This document shows, piece by piece, positions 48,001 through 60,844 of a stretch of DNA of 64,000 bases. Both the position numbers and the translations under genes were made by a program. Position 1 is the stretch's first letter. Every line of letters starts with the position of its first letter. Source of the stretch: Diplonema japonicum (lineage: Eukaryota > Protista > Euglenozoa: Diplonemea); NCBI GenBank assembly GCA_964019335.1, contig OZ025686.1:434001-498000 (forward strand). The letters are read 5' to 3'. The notes under the pieces were generated by a model. The model did no database searches, was not told the origin of the DNA, and saw only the letters and a list, made by a program, of their open reading frames with translations.

Positions 48001-50227
48001 GGTGTTCTTCACACCTCTTCCTGTGCTTAGCTTCCCAGCCTTCGTTTGTAGACAGCAGTTCGCCTTCAAGCTCCTCGATGCTGTTCTGCTTCAGTTGGAT
48101 GGTGCGCTTGTAGTCGGCTGCCGCCTGCGTCAGGGACAGCACATCATTGTGCAGCGTCGTGCTATGTGTCTCTGCTGCGAGGGCTCGGTCTGCAGTTAGC
48201 CTGAGCTCCTGTTCCAACACCTCAGTACGGGAACACATGTTGTTCAGCTCGTTTGTTGCTTTTGTCAGTTCGTTAGCAAGTGCCTGCACCTGCCTCTCTG
48301 CCTCGTTCATGGAAGCTGCTGCTGTTGTGATGCTATCGTTCGATGTGTTCTGTGCTCCTGCCAGGAGTGCTCTGAGAGCATTGATCTCTTGTTCGTAAGC
48401 AACACTCTTCTTAGCAAGCTCTTCGTTGTAGTACTTCTCCGCCTTGGCATACACAACACGTACTTCTGTCTCCCGCAAGAGAGCCCGGCGTGCTGCAGCC
48501 TCCGCATCTCCATGCTCTTCTTGCTGCTTGTTTGCAGTATTGTTCTCTTCTTGCAGAGTCTTGACCTGCTCCTTTTGCTTTTCGATCTCTTCTTTCTGGC
48601 TCCGCATTACACCGTCAGCCTCATGAAGCTTTTCATAGGTAGAGACAAGTTTTTCCTTAACCGCTGTCATCTCGCCGAGTTCTTCCTTGAGCTCCTCCAC
48701 CTGCTCCCCAAGGTCTTCTATTATGCTGTCTTTCTGCAGGGCACATGCCTCTGTCGTTTTCAGTTTCTCACACAATGTTGTGTAGTTCTCCTGTGATTGC
48801 CCCGCTTGCGTCTTGAGGGTCACGCACTGTTCGTGTGCGTCTTGCAGTGTTGCTTTCACGCTGTCCAGCTCCCGTTGGGATTCTAAAACTTCAGCTGAGG
48901 CAACCCTCTTCACCTCCGACACGGAATCAAGAGACGAGACCTTAAGCTGTTCGATCTCCATTTTCAGATCCTCACAGCTAGCGCAGCTTGTCGCGACTTG
49001 CGGTTGCGCAGACCTATCCCTCTTCTCAAGATGAGATATGGGATGGGACATCATCATACCTTCCTCCTGGTGAGGAAATACAATGTCGCCTTCAGGAGCC
49101 CAGTGTTCGATGTGCCCCGTAGCGCACCCCCACACACACCTTACGGGGATGTAGTAGATGTGCTTGAGCATCTTCACAGGGCTTTTGCAATTGAACTTCG
49201 AAAGGAATTGCCCATCCTTGATGTTGTAAGTAGACACTGTTCCATCCATGGAGGATGCCCACATCTTGTTCCCCATCCTCAGCAACGATGTGACAGGCAT
49301 GGTGTGGCTGTTTTTGTGTATGATGTTGCACTTCGGAGTTTTGTCGGGGCAGCGCACCACGTCGTAGGTTCTGATGGTGGCGTCCTCGCTGCAAGACCAC
49401 ATGACGGAGCCGCCTGCTGTCTTCTCAAGGTAGAGCACAGGCTGCGTGTGGTCAGTGATGGTCTGGTAGCGGGTACTGGTGACAACATTCCAGACACGGA
49501 TGGTGGTGTCCTGTGAGGAAGACATCAAGAGACGCGGGGTTGCCTTGAGGCAGGTGATAGCAGCACCATGCGGGTCGAGGGTTCTGTGTAACGTGAAAGG
49601 CGGGTTAAGCAGCCATGCTGCCACAACTCCCGTTGTGTCACCACTGAAGACGTGTGAATTGCTGTTTGCAAGACACGTGATCGCAGTATTGTGGTGCGGT
49701 TGCATGGAAGCAACACTCTTCAACGTGTCGCAGTGCAAGATGTCCATAGCACCGCTTGTGAAGCCCACCCATAGGAAGGGCTTGCTGGTGGACACGAACA
49801 ACAGGGCAGACGGATACCCAGTGACGCTAACTTTTTTCTGCACAACACCTGTGACAGGTGCAATGACATTGATGCTGTCTCCGTCCACACCCATCACGTC
49901 AGTGTTGCAAACCTCAAGCACTGTCATATCCTTCAACGGGATCGTGTTTGCAGGGTTTTCGTGGTTCTCGTGAAGCGAGGTGTTCTCGTCTTTGACAGTG
50001 ACATACAATGACCGGTGAGGGTTCCTCAATAGCTCATGAGTATATTCCTCTTGGGAGGTGACCACCTTGTCGTTTATTACCATTGTGAAGGGTCGTGTGC
50101 CCCATTCCACCCGTACTAAGGCCTCAACAGCATTCAGGCTTCTTATGTCCACATCTTCTGACGTTACTTTGAAGCCACCGGTGTCACTCGCACCGTTCAG
50201 CAACTCCACCTCCACCGTGTCCGTCAT
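42045..50227 (-). CDS. Giant WD40-repeat plus long coiled-coil protein (~2679 aa, 4 introns)
   Basis: N-terminal WD repeats (SSSQDTTIRVWN, SCSEDATIRTYD), ~1900 aa of heptads, basic Pro-rich tail. Introns 44239-44272, 44078-44112, 43657-43690 and 43527-43566 give one frame (8040 nt). Confidence 0.87.
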
Positions 50228-50902
50228 AGGACCGCCTGTGATGCATTGTTGCCATATTTTGAAGGAGAAGTTATATAAAAAAGAGGGAAAAAACGGAAAA
50301 AAACGGAAGAGAAAAAAAAAAGAAGGGAAAGACTCTCAAGATAGTGAGCCTACCATGTTAAGGGTAATATAAAGATTAAAAGGGAAATGGGGGGGGGGGG
50401 TGAAAAGATGAAGAAGGACAGTCTTTTGTTTGTTTTCTATTCTCCTTCTCTTTTATTTTGTTTATTTCTTCGCGCTACCGCCCTTTCTTTTCTTTCCTTT
50501 TTTTTTTAAAAATCAAACAGAAGTGCGCGCAGCACCTCTATACTTCTAGACTACCCATTTTTATCTAATGAGGTAATTGACACTAACACCTCTTCATTCC
50601 ATTTGGTAAGCTCGGGGGATGGGGACATGGGTGACGGGGTCTGGTGACACTTCGTTCACGTAGCTGAAGATGCCTTGTGCGTTCGGCAGGACTCTTGCGA
50701 TGAGTCAACCCACTACAAGGAGGTTGTATGATGTCTGTGTAAAAAGCGTAATGCCAGATACTTGTGACTTCAAAAGAGAGTAGCCACACAGCCCAGCCAG
50801 TTGTCAAAGTGTGCTTGGAACGAAAGGCAGCAAGCAAAGGCAACAGTATGTACATATGGTGGTACAGCTAGCTCAGGTCACTTCTCATGGCAATGACAAG
50901 CA

Positions 50903-52380
50903 CTAATGACCAGACAGGAGGTCTTCCTTCACACGGTTTGCTAAGGCACGCCTCATTTCCAGGTGCGCCTGATCCAGTTCCTTACCGCTGGTCTTCGCAG
51001 GGTCCGGCATGGGTGCCTGTGTCTTCTCTTTGATGTAGTCGTCCAGCTCCGTCTCGCGCTGCTTCTTCTTCTTCTGGATAAGACGGTCACGCTGCTGCTT
51101 CAGGTAGTTTTCCCTGCTGGCAAGCTCTTCCTTTGAAGGTTCCATCTTGCGTGGCTCTTCTTTAGGAATAATCTTCTCTTTCGGGACTTCTTTTTTCACC
51201 TCTTCGACAACCGCTGACTTCAACTGAGTGAAGGTGGGCTTGGAGCCGGCAGTGATGCCAGGCAAAGGTGCACGCTGCCTGCCCAGTGCCATGGAGTGTG
51301 TGTTCTTGTCACTACCGAGAGGGGCAAGCCCGCCGAGGGGTGCCAGCTGTACCCTGTCGGAGGTCCCGACGGGTTCAGGTTTTACAGGTTTAGGACTAGT
51401 CACTTCCTTGACTGGGGCAGGTGCAGGCGCAGGAGTGGGAGTAGGAGCAGATGCATCAGATTTGTGTGCGGGAGCAGGTACAGGAGCAGGTGCAGGAGCA
51501 GCGGCAGTAGTGGGCGCAGGACTACTCTTAGCAGGTGCGGGTGCAGGCGCGGGCACAGGTGCAGGTGCAGGTGCAGACTTTTCCTCCGCCTTATGAGCCT
51601 CAGCCACCTTGGCCACAGCTTGTACCTCAGCTGCTTTTGACACGATCTCTATGCGTGCCCGGAGTGTCTCTTCTTCGATTTGCTTCACTCGTTCCTCGTG
51701 CTCCTATGATATGGTGTGGTAGTGTTCGTATTTTTGCATACCTTCTTCGCTTGTTCCACTTTTTTTTTCTGCTCTTCTTTATCCTTCGTCTCCTGTTCAA
51801 TCTCAAGCTCTTTCTGTTTTTGCTTCTCATCCTCAGCTGCAAGAGAGACAGCAAGAGCGTGCTGCAGTTCCGCATCTTCCATTTCAAGCTGCTTTTCTTG
51901 AATGTCTTGGTCCTGCACGGAAGCTTCGATGGCTGCTTCGAGTTGTGCCTTCTCGTCGTCATCCTGAGGGTTTACAAAGCCTGCGTTGTTCTTCTCTCTG
52001 ATCTCTTCGAGCACAGTCATGGCTTCCAGCTCTAGTTCGATGTTCCTCTTCTCCATCATCTTGCGGAAGGTGAGGAAGTCGTCCATGGACAGGAGGTACT
52101 CCTTCACAAGGTGGTCCAAGTCTTTGCTGTCGGAGCCCCCGAGGATCTCAAGGAACTTCTCATCGCTCACCCCAAGGTCGCTGAGGTTCTGGGACAGCAA
52201 CCCATCGACCAGTATGCAGAAGTTTTTGTGCCTGATGGTGAACTCCAAGTTATTTTCTTCTTCGTCGCCGTCTTCAAATATTTCGCAGTTCTCATCCACA
52301 AACGACTGCACCGGTGTCGTCCACACGGGTGACTTCAGGAACTGCGTCAGCCACTCCGTCACCCAGCCGTACTCACCCAT
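50903..52380 (-). CDS. CFAP36: CFAP36/CCDC104 (BART-domain ciliary protein), ~479 aa
   Basis: FLKSPVWTTPVQSFVDENC...DDFLTFRKMMEKRNIELELEA and C-terminal RENYLKQQRDRLI...RRALANRVKE. Intron 51704-51741. Confidence 0.88.
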
Positions 52381-52486
52381 CTTGTTTTGTCTGTCGGTGG
52401 GTTCTTGGTGTCATGTACATCACTCAATCAAAGATATATTGTACAGAAAAGAGAAGAAAAAAGAATGGAACTGCGAAAACAGTTCA

Positions 52487-55400
52487 TTAAACGGGCGCTT
52501 TGAATTTCATCTTTACAGCATGGGTCTGTCGTTGACCTGCTTGCCACTGACCATCCTTGCCATATTGTCCTGCTGTGCCTACACGGATAGAGACTGTATA
52601 TTGCTGAGACCTCCTGGAATAGGTAACTTGGATGATGTCTCCCGGGGAGAGACTAAGGACACACTTCCTGAAGTCAGCTAGAGACCCAATAGGTATCGTG
52701 TCAACTGCAAGAATGACATCTCCTTCTATAATGCCAGACTCGAGGGAAGGCCCCTTCACTGAGCGCACCTTGCACCCACTAGGGAGGTAGTCGTTCGTCG
52801 TTCCATCCTTCAGTCGTACCATGCCATCAACCACCTCCAGTCCCACGTAGGGCTTTTCACGCTTCTTACTTGCCGTCTTGACCTGTTCTCTCTCTCTCTC
52901 CTCCGCTTTCTCTATGGTTAAAATACGTATGCTACCTTCTTCTTTCATAATCGCAGAGCGAATCGTCTCTTCCCTCTTGCACAAGACCTTGAAGTCCTCT
53001 TTGATGAACATCTGCATGTCCATCAACCACCTCATCACAAGCTCCACACGGTAGTGGTGCTCCTCTTCGTTCTCAAGCCGGCGTTCGATATCCTCATGCC
53101 GCGAGAGCTGTGCGTGTTTTGCACACACACCACATACCTCTTGTGCAAGTTGCCTGAATTGTGAATCTTCTTTTGAAGGCAGCGAGTGGAGTCTGGGGGC
53201 ATGGCACATGTGTTGGTGATACCTATTTAGCAGAGCTTCCGTGTGCCGTCTGAATACTGCGTGTTCAGTGGTCATAATGTAGCGTCTTGAGTCAGCTTCT
53301 TGTCCCTGTTGGTGTTATGATGCAAGGAACTTCCATACGATGATCATGTACTTCCGCGGAAGATGCAGCAGCGCCTTCGCCATGCCTGATGTAATGGCAG
53401 CACGTTGGCTAGTCTCTCTGCCGAGGATGAGGAAACGCACGAGGCCCTCGTTTTCATTAAGGAGATAGAGAATCGATTCGTCGTAAGCGGTTTGCAGCAA
53501 CACACGCGATGCGCTCTCAGCATCTACAGTACAGGCCCGCAACGGGGCAGTGACGTCGGGGGGTTTTTGACGATAGGTGATAAGCTTGAGTTTCTGAAAA
53601 CATGCACGAAGCAAGGTATGTGTGGCGCTGCTCTTGATCATGGTCAAGATGGCCACGCGCATCTTACTGACTCTCGCTTCCGATCTGATAAGCTTGCAGT
53701 GTGTCATGGTCGCCACCTTGTCAGCCTCGACCTTCTTGTTGGTAAGATCAACAGAGTCTTGCTGTCTCCTTCGCATCTTCTCTTTCTGTGCAAACTCCTT
53801 CAGGACACCGTAGCAGTGCCGTAAGGTCAGTTGTGTTATCAACGTGCCTATAGCAGTTCCCTTTTTCCGCGCGTCTAGTTTCCTCTCTCTGTATCTGCAC
53901 AGTTTCCAGAAGGCTTGCTTCATGCAAACCCGGAGACATAGCTGCCTCACGAGGTATGCTTTGTACTTCATTTTCCTTTTTTTTTCGGTTTTCTCGTGCA
54001 GATGCATGAAGTAAACCCCAAGCATCAGCCTGTCCGAAGTTCTCACCAACACGCGCGCCGCTTTCAGTTTAAACTCTTCTTGTTTCTTTATTTGCACGAA
54101 GTTTGCAAGTTTGTTGTAGCACGTCCTCAATAGCATCCTCTCATTTCCACGCTCCAAGAGGGACACAACGACTCCCTTCTTGTGCCGCGCTCTGAATACC
54201 AGCATTTTCGTAAAGCACTCTTTCAGCAGCAGCCTTTCAAGGCTGCTTGAAAGCATTGCGCAGATGTAGTTCTTGTGTTTCTTCTTTCGGTTGTGCTCTG
54301 AAAATTTCAGAAACCTGTGATACATATGTCTGAGTGCTGCTGACTCCACTTTGTTACACAGAAGGTCCACCAATTTTCCCCTTGCCTGCTTCTTAGAACC
54401 CCACGCTTGCAATTTGTGGTAAAAGACCCGAAGGAGACCCCTCTCCAAAGATATAGACAAATGGTGTGCGACTTTAGAGACGGCTGCTAATTGTTGTTTT
54501 GATTTCGTCCATTTCAACCACTTAGCGAAGTAGTGCCACATTATGTGCAAGCGTGTTGTGCCGTGGAAGGCAAGCACCAACACTGCCCTTTTTTTGTTTT
54601 GTGCTGAGAAGTTTCGCAGTTTCGAATAGTAGTATGCCAGACACGTGTGGTGTGTGTTCTTTGCGAGGCTGCTTGTAAAGCAGTATAATACCTTTTGTTT
54701 CTGTTTCCACTCTCGATTCTTCTTCAAGACGTGTAGCACTCTGTGCAGCATGCCGTTCTTCGTCAGACCATTCAACCTCTCACACAAAGCAGCCTGCTGC
54801 GCTTTTTTTGCATACCACTTCGCCCACTTCGTATACCTAACTCTGTATTGGGTTTGTATGATTTGGTGCAGAAAGACTTCGGCTGTTGCCCGCTGCAGCT
54901 TTACGCCCTTCCGCCATTTGAGAGTAATCCAGGACAGCCACTTCTTGTACCGTGTAGTTATGATGTACAGTGTCGAGGTCTGCAGCATGCGCGACGCTGC
55001 GCTGCTGTTGTAGCTGTACTCCTTCCGTCGCAGCGACTGCTCAGTGTGGTAACGCAGCAGCTTGTCAAATGCCCTGCGGATAAGCCCTCTCGTGGTCAGC
55101 TTCAGGAATGACTCTGCTGCTCGGATTTCCGTGTTGAAAATACTCGCAGCCCGTGTTCTCTTGAGCGTCCAACTCTTCCAAGAATCGTATCTGCGCCGCA
55201 TGTGGTGCTTCGTTGCATTGCCGAATACCATCTGCGAGACGAAGCACCGGGAACGCATCTGCACTCTTTGCCGGCCTTTCAACACCATGTACCTGTTCAG
55301 CTTCCTGTAAAACACTTCCATGAAGCGTCTGTCGCTAAGCATCAGCATGTTCCGGGCGGCAGTGTGGTGCTGTGATCTTTTTACGCAGCGCTCTGTTTGA

Positions 55401-57844
55401 TGTGCATGCAACTTGCAGTAGCACTTTCTAAGCACACCAGCAGCGGTGAGTGTCTGGAAGGTGCTGCAGAGAACTTCTCGGGCACGTTGCTTCTGTTTCA
55501 CGGCTACGTGTATCATCAGCTTCCTCACGCAACTCCTCAGTATTGCCTTGTTGCTATTCTGGAGGAGGATGGAACAGAGGTGAGATGCCCTCCTTGTGTT
55601 TGTCCTCCACACGGAATAAGCACGGATCTTGTTAAAAGCTGTGCATCGCACGGAAGTAGTAAGCAGACGCTGCAGTGTCGCAGCAGTGTGCTTAGCCACA
55701 CGCTTTTTGCACAGCCAGGAATACAGTCTTGTGTAATAGGATCTGATCACAGCCGCATTTAGAAACTGCCTCATTCTTGTCACCCCAAGGGACTGGCCGC
55801 GCCTCTTTGGGAGAGTCACCACTGAACCTAGTAACTCATCGCACACGAGCTGTGTCCTGCAGCAGGCCTCGCTCCGTATCACCGTCGTCGTTGCCGCCTC
55901 GAGTCTCCCAATGGGCTCATACGAAAAAAGCTCTGCTGTCACATGAAGCGTGTACTGTTGCAGGGCTGTGCGTTTCTGCATTTCTTCTTTTAAAAGTGAG
56001 ACCTTCTCCGCAAGCCACTGTGCCTCTGTAGTGATAGAGCTGCGATACAGTTTCTCACTGCACAGAATCCAGAAGCAGTTAATACCAGTACGGGCTCCTT
56101 GCTCTTCTCTGTGTAATACGCGCTCGCTTTTTTCAGCAAATGCAGTCCTGTACCATATTTCAAGCCACGTTCTCGAAATGTTTTCACGTTCCAACCTTTG
56201 AAGGTCCGAAAGCTGGACACATGACCCACTGGCACCCCAGAATCCCTCGAATGGGTGCTCACTGTACATTTCCTGTTCCATCCATATCCTGCTACGCAGT
56301 TCTTCGTGCTCAAGACGCAGCGCCCCTCTGTGTGCTTGGAGCATGTTGCGCGACACCTCCTCGGAACTACGAGCAGCGCACCTCGTGTCTGCTTCGAGAT
56401 CCTGCAGCAACGTAAGATACAGCAGGAGGCTTGCATGGTCCAGGTAGTGCCGCTCCGTGTGCTCCTCTCGTGCTAGGCAATCAGTAGCTTGGTCGTTCGT
56501 AATGCAAACACGTATCTGCGAATTGCTAATTTGATGTGCGCAGTGCTGGACGCTGCTGTTGAGAAGCTCTATTGAACTCCTTTGGACATATTCTTCCCGA
56601 ACAGTGTTTAGCAAAGACACTTCCCGAGAGAGTTCTCGGTCGCTTGCTGCGACTATTGCTTCCCGTGTGATCAACTCTTCGTCGGTAAGTAGCTGGAGGT
56701 GGGCTGCGATAACAGAGGAAAAGTGTGTAAGCATCAGGTGTTGAATGTCAGACAGAGAGCTGGCCGTGGTGGCTGCCATCCACGAGGTGTACTCCTGAAG
56801 CAGCACAGCACGCACCGCTTTCTCTAATGACACGAGTGTGTCCAGCATCACAGCGTCGTAACCCTGCCACAGCATGAGTGATGTTCTGACGCACTTCTCT
56901 TGCTCCGCAAGGAACATGAACTCATGGTACGCGGCAACTTCCAGCTCTTGCCTGCTGTTTGTTTGTGCATCAAGCACCTCAACTTGCGCTTCCTTCTGCT
57001 GGGCCACGCAAGCAGACACAATGTAGTACAGCTCGTAGTCGAAAGACTGCCTCATGACGCAGAAAGCTTCCAACCCCGAAGCCGACAGTTCTGTCCTGCC
57101 GCGCGCCTCTTCTCTTACGATCACATTGACCTCATTCAGCACGAATACTAGCTTGCACAGACGTCCGACAGCCCTCAACTGGATGTGCTCTAAAACTTGC
57201 CGTGCATCAAGCTCCTCGTCAGCTAGCTGTTGTAGTTCGTAGAACGTATGCAAGGTGGACAAGAACGACGAGCCGTCTGATTTTGGCTTGAAGATGCTCA
57301 TCATGTGTAGCCTGTCCACCTGATGTGAGGTGGATTGCTGTTTAGTGCTCCATTTCTCGTAACCACATGCACACCATTGCCGCACCTGCGCCGACACTTT
57401 CAAATACTCTGTCACAGACTTTTCGACTTGAGAATCTTTCATGTCGCCGATGCGTTTCCGTATAGGGTTGCCTGTGAACAGCTCCCACACGTTCTGTACT
57501 TTCAGAGCTGTGAATTTGGCATCCATGTTCGCTTTAAGAACCTCTCCGTGTTCCCCACCTTTGGACCGCTCCCACCACGCTACCAGCTCGTCGAACTCTA
57601 TCAGGCCGTCCTCCTGTGTGTCGATAGCCTTCACATAAGAGTTCAGCACCACATCCGTTGCTTTTTCATCAAAGCACTGTAGCATATCCCGCAGCTCTGA
57701 TGTGTCGACTCTAGCATCGAGGCTCTCGTCGAACTTGACAAAGACGTCCCACAGCAGCGCGTGATCCGAGTTACAACTGTTCAAGAGCACTTCCTTTGTG
57801 TTCTCTATTGTGTCCACCAACGTCTTCCGAAGCCGTTCACCCAT
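52487..57844 (-). CDS. Large EF-hand / Sfi1-like repeat / C-terminal PDZ protein (~1774 aa)
   Basis: EF-hand pair (FDESLDARVDTSEL, IDTQEDGLIEFDEL), basic helical repeats (LR.YF.KW/L), PDZ (YVGLEV...GPSLESGIIEGDVILAVD). Intron 53306-53338 joins the two ORFs in frame. Confidence 0.8.
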
Positions 57845-57894
57845 AGTTGTGTCACCTGTCTAAAAGTGAGAAATACATGGTTTCCAACAGCCAT

Positions 57895-59058
57895 TCACAT
57901 AACATTTGTGAAACTATCAATAAGGTATGCGTCCTTCGCCCCTTTGTCTTGCATCCGGAGAGAGTGTGCGACGAGGTCGCCAGGATCGAAGCCACATATG
58001 TCAGCAAGCTCGTGCAGTGCATCCATCGTGGGTGGTGTCATCTTGAGGTTTCCTGTACCATGCTGACCTAGAAGTGCTCGAGCCCTATCAGCAAATGGGA
58101 GCGAGTCTGTCCCAAGTTTCGTTGCAGCAGCAACATAAACTTTTAGAAGGCTTGTCACCGCAGGGGACTCAACCTGCATGGTCATTACCATCTTGCGGAA
58201 CGCCGTCTCTCCAACATCGACAGCCTTGAGTACATCGCTTGCTCTGTGGGTAATGCCCCGCTCTGCAGACCGTATCACAAGAGTCAGGTCACTCTCTGTG
58301 AGGCAGAAGCCTTCGGATATTTTGCGCTCGATTAATTTAAACAGGATATCAATGGATGTGGTCTCAGAGTACAGGCATGAAAGGAGCAACCTGTGCCACA
58401 TCAATCTAGAGATCTCGATGCTGCGATCGGATCGCATGAGCGCAAAAACACCTTCTGCGACGTGGTAGTTGCCCTCAGCAGCGCAATGCTGCAGCAAAGC
58501 AAGGTAGTGGAAGGAAAGAACTGGGAGAGGCAGCGTATCGAAGACATGACCAGCCGTCTTGAGGTCATGCTGCGCTGCGATGTGTAGTGCATGCCAGACA
58601 GGGCTGCGTGAAGAGGGTTGAATGGTGTGTAGGACAGTTAGCGCGTCGTCTCTGGAGCCTTCTTTAATGAGAAGGCGCGTGATCTGCAGGACCATGGGAT
58701 CTGTGATAGAGTGCTCGCTTGTCTCTAGCAGGTCTAGTGTGTGCTCCAGCTCCCCTGTAGTTATACACGACGTCACTACACCCTCCCAACACTTCTCGTC
58801 AGGCCGAATATTGTCACCCTTCATCTGTTCAAGTAAAGACAATGCCATCTTGTTCGCTTTCCACTTTCCGCATCTATTCAGCACAGTGCAGTAGCTCTTC
58901 GGCCCTACCTCTGCTCCCTCGCTCTTCAACGCCGCAAGCTCCCTCAGTCCCAGGACAAGTTCCTTGTTTCTATCACGTCTGTGCTTTTTGTTGAGAAGAG
59001 CCTTGAGATAAGCAGCAGCTGCCCCGTCGCTCTTCCCATAACAGTGCCTTTTCAGCAT
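57895..59058 (-). CDS. Pentatricopeptide-repeat (PPR)-like protein
   Basis: SYCTVLNRCGK...ALSLLEQMKGDNIRPDEKCWEGVVTSC and HYLALLQHCAAEGNYHVAEGVFALM are PPR motifs. Start uncertain. Confidence 0.8.
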   Translation of the reverse strand: MLKRHCYGKSDGAAAAYLKALLNKKHRRDRNKELVLGLRELAALKSEGAEVGPKSYCTVLNRCGKWKANKMALSLLEQMKGDNIRPDEKCWEGVVTSCITTGELEHTLDLLETSEHSITDPMVLQITRLLIKEGSRDDALTVLHTIQPSSRSPVWHALHIAAQHDLKTAGHVFDTLPLPVLSFHYLALLQHCAAEGNYHVAEGVFALMRSDRSIEISRLMWHRLLLSCLYSETTSIDILFKLIERKISEGFCLTESDLTLVIRSAERGITHRASDVLKAVDVGETAFRKMVMTMQVESPAVTSLLKVYVAAATKLGTDSLPFADRARALLGQHGTGNLKMTPPTMDALHELADICGFDPGDLVAHSLRMQDKGAKDAYLIDSFTNVM

Positions 59059-59383
59059 TTCATATAGTTGGGACCTACCTGCGGAGTCGTGGTATTTGGT
59101 GAACAAAAAGAATCAAAGCAACGTTACCCGTGTAATCCCACTACTGTCTACGCTCCCCTTGTTTCACAATGTGTATCAAAAACACTGGCCCGGCCCCTGT
59201 CACCGCAGGTGCGTGGCTGTACCAAGTGCCCAAACCCTTTTTGTAAACGGACTGTTTTGAGGGGGAAAGTATTTTCTTAGGTGCCATAACCCCCGCCTGT
59301 GATGTCTGATGAAAGCCACTCACGCTCAAATTGCATTGTATAGATCACTACAAACAAATCTGTAACTAATGGATCAATGCCTC

Positions 59384-60313
59384 CTACAAACTGAAGAGCC
59401 TGAACATAACAATGCTGAACTCATCGTAGGTGACCTTGCCGTCGTTGACGGAGTACTTCCCGAGAACCTCTTCTAGCTTTTCTTTCGACTGTGGGAGGCC
59501 TGCTGCCTCTGAATCTTCCCATATGTCCTGCATGTCCTGTTTAGTAATCCAGCCGATGCCTTCTGTGTCGTATTGTCTGAAGAGCAGCTGCAACCTCCGT
59601 TCCGTAAGGGGGAAGATGCTGTTGTGGGACGGCAAGGGCGAACCTTGGTTTCGCACCCGCAAAGGAGAGCGATCTGCGCTATTTTTAGGAATGAGAGACA
59701 CGCGGGTGACTGTTCGTTCATCAAGTTCCGATTTCATCTGCTCCGGAAGCGGGTCGAGGGTGAGGATGTATGCCAGAACGTCCGAGCACCACGAGTGGAT
59801 GCATTGGAGGGCTTCGTAAGTAGCTGAGGTTGCTGTAGGTGATGGTGTCAGCTCTGCTTCCTTAAGGATTTCTTTCGACGTCGTCAGAAGTCCTTTGATC
59901 CTACTCATGTTTATGTGCGAGTACACCAGCAAGGGTGGTCCGTCATCCCCAGCTCTCAAGGTCCCTGAGAAGGCGGCAGCTAGGACAGAGGCCTTCTCCG
60001 CCCCAGCGATGTACCTTTCCTCGTGGGCTGCCCGTCCCGTCTCATCCTGAGTCGACAGGTCAGGATCGTTCTCGAAGGGCACCATATCTGTGAGGAGCCA
60101 GTATGTTATCTGTGACACGATTCTGCAAAGCAGTCCCGTTGCTTCGTGCAGCTTGCTGCTGCCGCCTTCGTCGGCGTCAAGAGGCAGCATGCTCCCTGCC
60201 CGCTTACTATTGCTAGTATATCCATTTTCTAATGCAATCTTCACAAGTCTGTTCGTGGCGCTTTCTGCCCCGCGGACCAGTCGCTCTGCGGGGTCCTGCT
60301 GTGAGACAGACAT
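59384..60313 (-). CDS. Protein with C-terminal EF-hand pair
   Basis: LFRQYDTEGIGWITKQDM and NDGKVTYDEFSIV. Confidence 0.8.
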   Translation of the reverse strand: MSVSQQDPAERLVRGAESATNRLVKIALENGYTSNSKRAGSMLPLDADEGGSSKLHEATGLLCRIVSQITYWLLTDMVPFENDPDLSTQDETGRAAHEERYIAGAEKASVLAAAFSGTLRAGDDGPPLLVYSHINMSRIKGLLTTSKEILKEAELTPSPTATSATYEALQCIHSWCSDVLAYILTLDPLPEQMKSELDERTVTRVSLIPKNSADRSPLRVRNQGSPLPSHNSIFPLTERRLQLLFRQYDTEGIGWITKQDMQDIWEDSEAAGLPQSKEKLEEVLGKYSVNDGKVTYDEFSIVMFRLFSL

Positions 60314-60844
60314 CGCTCCTGTGGTATGTCACATGCTCATGGCGACAAAGAAGAATGAATAACAGGAACTAAACGGAAGTGAAGGGTTAGTGGAGGAAGA
60401 ATCTGCTGCTTAGGCATACGAAGGGGATATGGACAGCTTCTATACCGTTGCAACACATGCCAGTGGTACGTGGTGGCACGGTGAAACAAAGCCATCACAG
60501 CTTAAATAACAAGTCACCCAAAGGTAATGCTATGGCAGGAGTGTAGGTGTTATCAGCACTAGAAGCATAAGGGGAAAGGACCAAGAAAGGAGGACATGGC
60601 ATCACTATATTCATTCCTTCCGTGGAGTGAACAAAGGAAAAGAAAAAGAAAGAGAAAAAGAGGAAAACTAAACGAAGGCTATATTGTCTGTTCTGTCTCA
60701 TTCGACAGACGCAAGGGCTACTCCCAGTTGGAAGCCACATCGGGTGCTTTATCGCCAGAAGGATTGAGGGAAGTCTGCGCCACATTGAGGGACTATCCAA
60801 TAATTGTAACTAAAGCTCGGCCCGAGGCCTGCACCGTCACGTCT

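Noticed and set aside
50583-50855. 90-aa ORF downstream of CFAP36
   Set aside because: No motif and only 47 nt from the CFAP36 stop. It may be 3' UTR; a small gene cannot be excluded.
59060-59330. Upstream exon of the PPR gene via a GTAAC...CGCAG intron
   Set aside because: The required frame has a TAG just before the donor and the donor is atypical. The CAG is more likely a trans-splice acceptor.
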